Assembly (NCBI GenBank): GCA_004431415.1
Contig: QPMI01000222.1
Location: 1 to 64,000, forward strand
Source of the DNA: Cyanophora paradoxa CCMP329
Taxonomy: Eukaryota; Plantae; Glaucophyta
DNA length: 64,000 nucleotides
Reading direction: 5' to 3'
The position numbers and the translations under genes are program-made. The notes beneath the pieces are model-generated. The model made no database searches. It saw nothing but the letters and a program-made list of their open reading frames with translations, and was not told the DNA's origin. Shown here in pieces: positions 59,645-64,000 of the stretch. The stretch's first letter is position 1; each line of letters opens with the position of its first letter.

Positions 59645-61303
59645 ATGTCCGATTGCAGGCTCAACTTCAGGGCGCGACACGGGTCGACCGCCTTCGGCGA
59701 GAACGTCTGCGTCCTCGGCAGCTGCGACGTGCGTTTGGGTCGCGGCCCCGTGTTTCCGAACCAAATGCCGCCGCAGGGCCTCGGAAACTGGGCGGCGGAT
59801 CATACGGTTCCGCTTCACACAACACCGACCACGTTCCCGAGATGGGAAGGCACGTAGGGGCAAAGGGTCGCGTCCCCGGGACCAGTGCACCGGAGAGGCC
59901 ACAGGCGCCTTCGCGGCATCATAGGCTCGATATACTCACGCAATGCTCGAACGGCCGTCTGCGCGTGCCGCTGCTGATGCCGCCCGCGTTACGCAGGAAG
60001 TGCTTTCGTCCACCCATCCATTCGACAGATCGAATTCAAGCTAGTTACGATGAAAGAAGGCCAACCTTCCTCAATCAAGTGGGAGACCTTCGCCGGTGCG
60101 CCGCCACCCACTTGTTTAGAAGTGACCGGCGTCGGTCGCGGACCGTCCGGCCTTTTCGCCTCACGCCGCACGCTTCGCAGGCAATCGATTTCTTGATATA
60201 CCAGCGGGAACAACAGAGATGACAGTTTCTCTTGACTGGGACAAGCGGGACACGCTTTTTATTGAGGAGCGGAGGACAAACATCGCTGCGCCCATGCATC
60301 AGGCCCCCGGCGGCATTCCGGCTTATGGAGCGGCGCTGTACAGTGCAAATAGCGCCCCTCCAGCAGTCCCTGTCATCACGCAGCACGATTACAGCTATGA
60401 CAACAGCACGTTCGATCCGCCGGCAGCGGACGCGTCATCGGCCCGGCCGCGCTCTCTCAACAGCCTGCAACCCGTCATACCTGGTTTCTCGCAGCCTTCG
60501 CAGCCACAGCCGCAGCCGCAGGCAGCGCCGATTCCCGTCGCTCCGATGCAGCTCCCATACACTGGCCGTCTCGGCGTGCCGAGGAGAGTTCGGTCTTACT
60601 CGGCTTTCGGAAACCGATATCCCCTCAGCCTTGATCCCATCATAGAGTGAGTTCGATCTTCTGCCGTCCCGAGCAACCTTATTCCGTTGTTCTCGTCTCA
60701 CGCGCAAGCGCAGAGAACCAAACGCACATCCGCCGCCCCAGGAGGACGTCTATAACTATCCTGTTCGTCCGAAGAGGCGCGCCCCGTCTCCGCAGCTGCG
60801 GTACTCCGTCGATCCTGGTGCGTGGCGCTGGCTGTCACTTGGCCCGTGTCGCGCGCTGACGGGCCCGCCTCGCAGCGAGCGGCTTCGGGACGCATGGATA
60901 CACGTGCTCGGCTTCGGCGGAGTCCAGCAGCGCGCGTGTGCGCGTGAGCAGCCCAGGACGAAGCTGGAGCGGGAACCCGGACGACGAGCCGATGAGCGCC
61001 GGCGCGCGGAATCAAAACGGCGTCTTCTCCCGCGTGGACAGCGACGAATCGAACGACCCGGCCGCCGTGCAGACGCTCGCGCAAAGGCCGCACAGGGGAG
61101 GCCCGACCTGCTCGGAACACGGGCAGGAGTGTCCTCGGGGCTGCGCCCGCCGCGGGGCCGGATCGCCCCCTCAGGAGGAGGCGGAACAGGAGCGTGAACA
61201 GGCGCTGCGGCCTCCCCCCCCGGCCCCTGCGCGAGTCTTCTCGGGCTCCAGCGAGCGGTCCTGCGCCCGGGACCTCGGCTGTGCCGCCTCCTCTCTAGCA
61301 TAG
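59645..61303 (+). CDS. CBM20 starch-binding domain protein with disordered C-terminus
   Basis: LNFRARHGSTAFGENVCVLGSCD|GLGNW...LHTTPTTFPRWEG...EFKLV...KWETFAG|NRFLDIP...LDW fits the CBM20 consensus. No catalytic domain follows. Confidence 0.8.
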
Positions 61304-61505
61304 TTCCCGCCTCCTCCCATATCATCCTTTCTGGGCGGCCCGTCCGCCCTTCCGGAGTAATTTTCCTTTTTATCGCCCCCTTTCCTTTCGAATTCCTGCT
61401 CTGCCTCCGAGGCTCTCACTCCACACATCCGCCCACAATCTCTCCTCCGCCTCCCCCGTCCCCCGAAGCCCCCCCCCTCTCCGTGTTCCGTCCTGTTCAG
61501 TGTTT

Positions 61506-61588
61506 GAAGCGAATCCAACTAGTGATTTTTCAGGCGGCGGGCCGGTTAAGCGAATCCATGTTGTGATTTTTCAGGCGGCGGGGCGGTT
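61506..61588. repeat. ~41-bp tandem duplication spanning the stop codon of the coiled-coil gene
   Basis: AAGCGAATCCA...GTGATTTTTCAGGCGGCGGG occurs twice. Confidence 0.85.
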
Positions 61589-64000
61589 CTCGCCTGTGGG
61601 GCGCAGCGGGGCGCGCGCGGGCGGGGGCGCCATTTGGCCCGGGGCCGCGGGCGCGGCCTTGGCCGCCTTCTGCTGGAGCTCCTCGGCGATCCACGCCGGC
61701 GCGCTCGCCGTCGGCTTGCGGTCGAAGTCCAGCGCGGAGAAGCGCGGCTGCGCCGCGTTCTCGTCGCCCCCGGCCGCCCCCTGCAGCTGCGAAGAGGGGG
61801 AGCCCGCTCAGCGCCCGCCCGCAGCGACCTGCGCCACCGCCCTCCTTACCTTCGCATACTTTTCCAGCTCGCGCTCGCGCTTGTCCCGCCGCGCCCGCTC
61901 CGCCAGCTTCGCTGCGGCGAAACGTAAGAAGGCAGCCCCGAGAGGACCGGCGCCCTCGGGAGGGCGTACCCCGGAGCTGCTGGATCTCGTAGTCCCGGAG
62001 CTGCAGCTCGCGCCGCAGCCGGTCTGCCTCCCCCTCTCGCTCCCCCTCGGGACCGCCGGCCGGCGAGGCCGGCGGCGGCGGCGCACCCGCACCCGCAAGC
62101 TGCCCGCGCGCCTCGTCCCGCTCCCGCCGGTACCGCGCCGCCTGCTGCTCGGCCTTCCGCAGGGACGCCTTTGCCTCGAGCTCCCACTCCGCCCGCGCCG
62201 CCGCCAGGTCGGGGACCGGGGCCGCCGGGCCACCGGGGCGGCAGCCGCCGCCGACGCCGACGCGGCCTCCTCCTCGAGCGCGCGGGCCCGCCCCTCGAGG
62301 GCCTCGGCGCGCGCCGCCGCCTCGCGGGCGGCGCGCTCGGCCCCCGCGAGGCGCCGGCGGAGCTCGTCGGCCTCGGCGGCGGCTGCGGCGGCGTCGCGCT
62401 CGTGGCGCTCGGCGGCCCCCGGGCCTCCTCCCGCATGGTCTCCAGCTCGAGCAGCAGGTCCTGCTGGGCCTCCCGCAGCCGCTCCACCTCCTCCTCGTCG
62501 TACCCCTCCTCCGCCGGCCGCGCCGCCGCGACCGCGGCCGCGCCGCCCTCGGCGGAGGCCGCGGCCGCCGCCGCGGCCGCCTCCTCGGCGAGCCGACGCT
62601 CGGCCTCGGCGACCCGCAGGGCCTCCCGCGCGTCGGCCAGCTGGCGGCGCAGCTCGTCGGCCTCCTCCGCCGCCTCGCGCCGCGCCCGCTCCGCCCGCTG
62701 CGCCTCGCGCCGCAGCGCCGCCGCCTCCTCGCCGGCGGCCTCCGCGGCGCGCTCGGCGCCCTCGCGCCCCCGGGCGAGCTCGGCCGAGGCGGCCTCCCAC
62801 TCGGCCTTCTCCTCCGCGTGCGCGAACTCGAGCTCCGTCAGCTGCCCGCACACCGCCTCGTGCTGCCTCTCCAGCTCCCGCGCCCCGCGCGCCTCCGACC
62901 GCGCCGCCTCCGCCTCCGACCGGGCCGCCTCCAGCTCCCCGCGGGCCGCCTCCAGCTCGGCGCGGGCCGCCTCGAGCTCGGCGCGGGCCTCCCCCGCCGC
63001 CGCCTCCGCCGCGCCGCGCGCCTCGGCCAGCGCGGCGTTCGCCTGGCGCAGCGCCTCCAGCTCGGCCTCGGCCGCCGCCGCCGCCGCCTGGCGCGCCTTC
63101 GCTTCGCCCTTGGCGGCCCCGCGCTGGGATGCCTCGGCGGAGCGGAGCGCCTCCCGCTCCGCCGCCGCCAGCTGCTTCCTCAGCTCCTTCACCTGAGGGG
63201 CGGGCCGTCAGCGCGGGGCGGGGCGGGGGCCAGGGACGCGGCTCCTCTGACCTCGCGCTCGAGCTGGGCCTTCTCGCCCTGCGCCTGCGTCTTCTCCTGG
63301 AGGGCGGCGCGCAGCTTGTCCTGGACCTCCTGCGCCTTCCCGCGCTCCTTCGCCACCGCCTTCGCCTCCCGCTCCGCCGTCGCCAGCGCCGCGTCCGCCT
63401 CCCGCCGCGTCGACGCCGCCTTGTTCAGCTCGCGCCGCAGCCCCGCCGCCTCCTCGCGCGCCGCCTCAGCCTCCCGCTCGCGCTCCGCGAGCGCGCCGCG
63501 CGCCGCCTCCGCCTCCGCCTCCGCCGCGGCGGCGCGCGCCTCGGCCGCCTCCGCGCGGGACTCGGCGGCGGCGAGGGCCCCGCGGAGCTCCTCGAGGGCC
63601 CCCGCAGAGACGCCGCCTCGGCCGCCGCCGCCTCGGCCCGCTCGAGGGCCGCGGCAGCCGCCGCCTCGGCCCGCGCGAGCTGCGCGCCGTGCGACCCGAG
63701 CTGCAGCTGCGCCTCCCGCAGGTCCCCCAGCATCGCGTCCCGCCCGGCCGCCGCCGCCTCCCGCTCTGCCTCGGCCGCCTCCGCCCGCGCCTCGGCCGCC
63801 GCCGCCGCCTCGCGGGCCGCCCGCAGCGCGGCGGCGCCCTCGCTGAGGTCGCGGAGGAGGCGCGAGCGCTCCTCCTCGAGCTCCTCGGCGCGGGCGAGGC
63901 CGGAGTGCAGCTCGGCGTCGGCGCACTCGACCTCGCGGAGCCGCGCGAGCAGCTGCGCGGCGGCGCCCCGCTGCACGACCAGCTCCGCCTCCGCCTCCGC
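61571..64000 (-). CDS. Long coiled-coil protein (3' part; 5' end outside window)
   Basis: Glu/Ala/Arg heptad-rich frames (63192-61846 and others). Last exon LQGAAGGDENAAQPRFSALDFD...ENRPAA*. Confidence 0.75.

Noticed and set aside
24737-61303. Starch gene cluster (ISA plus CBM20 protein)
   Set aside because: 24 kb apart with many unrelated genes between them; probably coincidence.
1-64000. Hundreds of long Arg/Pro/Gly/Ala-rich ORFs in the six-frame track
   Set aside because: Expected from very high GC and scarce stops. They are antisense or off-frame shadows of the spliced genes.

Overview
Eukaryotic, very GC-rich, intron-dense nuclear DNA. Most long ORFs in the supplied track are artefacts, so genes were rebuilt by hand from splice sites and protein motifs. 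The mix of an isoamylase with no transit peptide, an MxAF-type plastid transit peptide, a KIF12-like kinesin and many 50-90 nt introns points to a glaucophyte-like alga (inference only). Contents: (1) a ~3.6 kb tandem array (1-11 kb) with three copies of a plastid-targeted, tail-anchored coiled-coil gene and two broken 5' copies of the adjacent intact kinesin; (2) a TA-flanked Tc1/mariner-type MITE; (3) MPC2, an Fpg/Nei glycosylase, a GH13 isoamylase with extra N-terminal domains, a TMEM14/FAX protein, a giant Ala/Pro-rich protein, an alpha/beta hydrolase, an SK-type K+ channel, COA6, a CBM20 protein, a coiled-coil protein and several hypotheticals, mostly in head-to-head pairs. The most striking unexplained signal is at ~20.6-33.5 kb. 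Long introns there contain decayed tandem copies of their own exon/intron junctions, mostly ~140-180 bp apart, and intron lengths cluster near multiples of ~165 nt, suggesting nucleosome-sized intron expansion. Also notable are frequent GC-AG introns, a GTAC(C)n motif that appears to override codon bias, ApT-palindrome islands between genes, and possible transposon footprints. All coordinates and lengths are hand-counted and may be off by a few nt.
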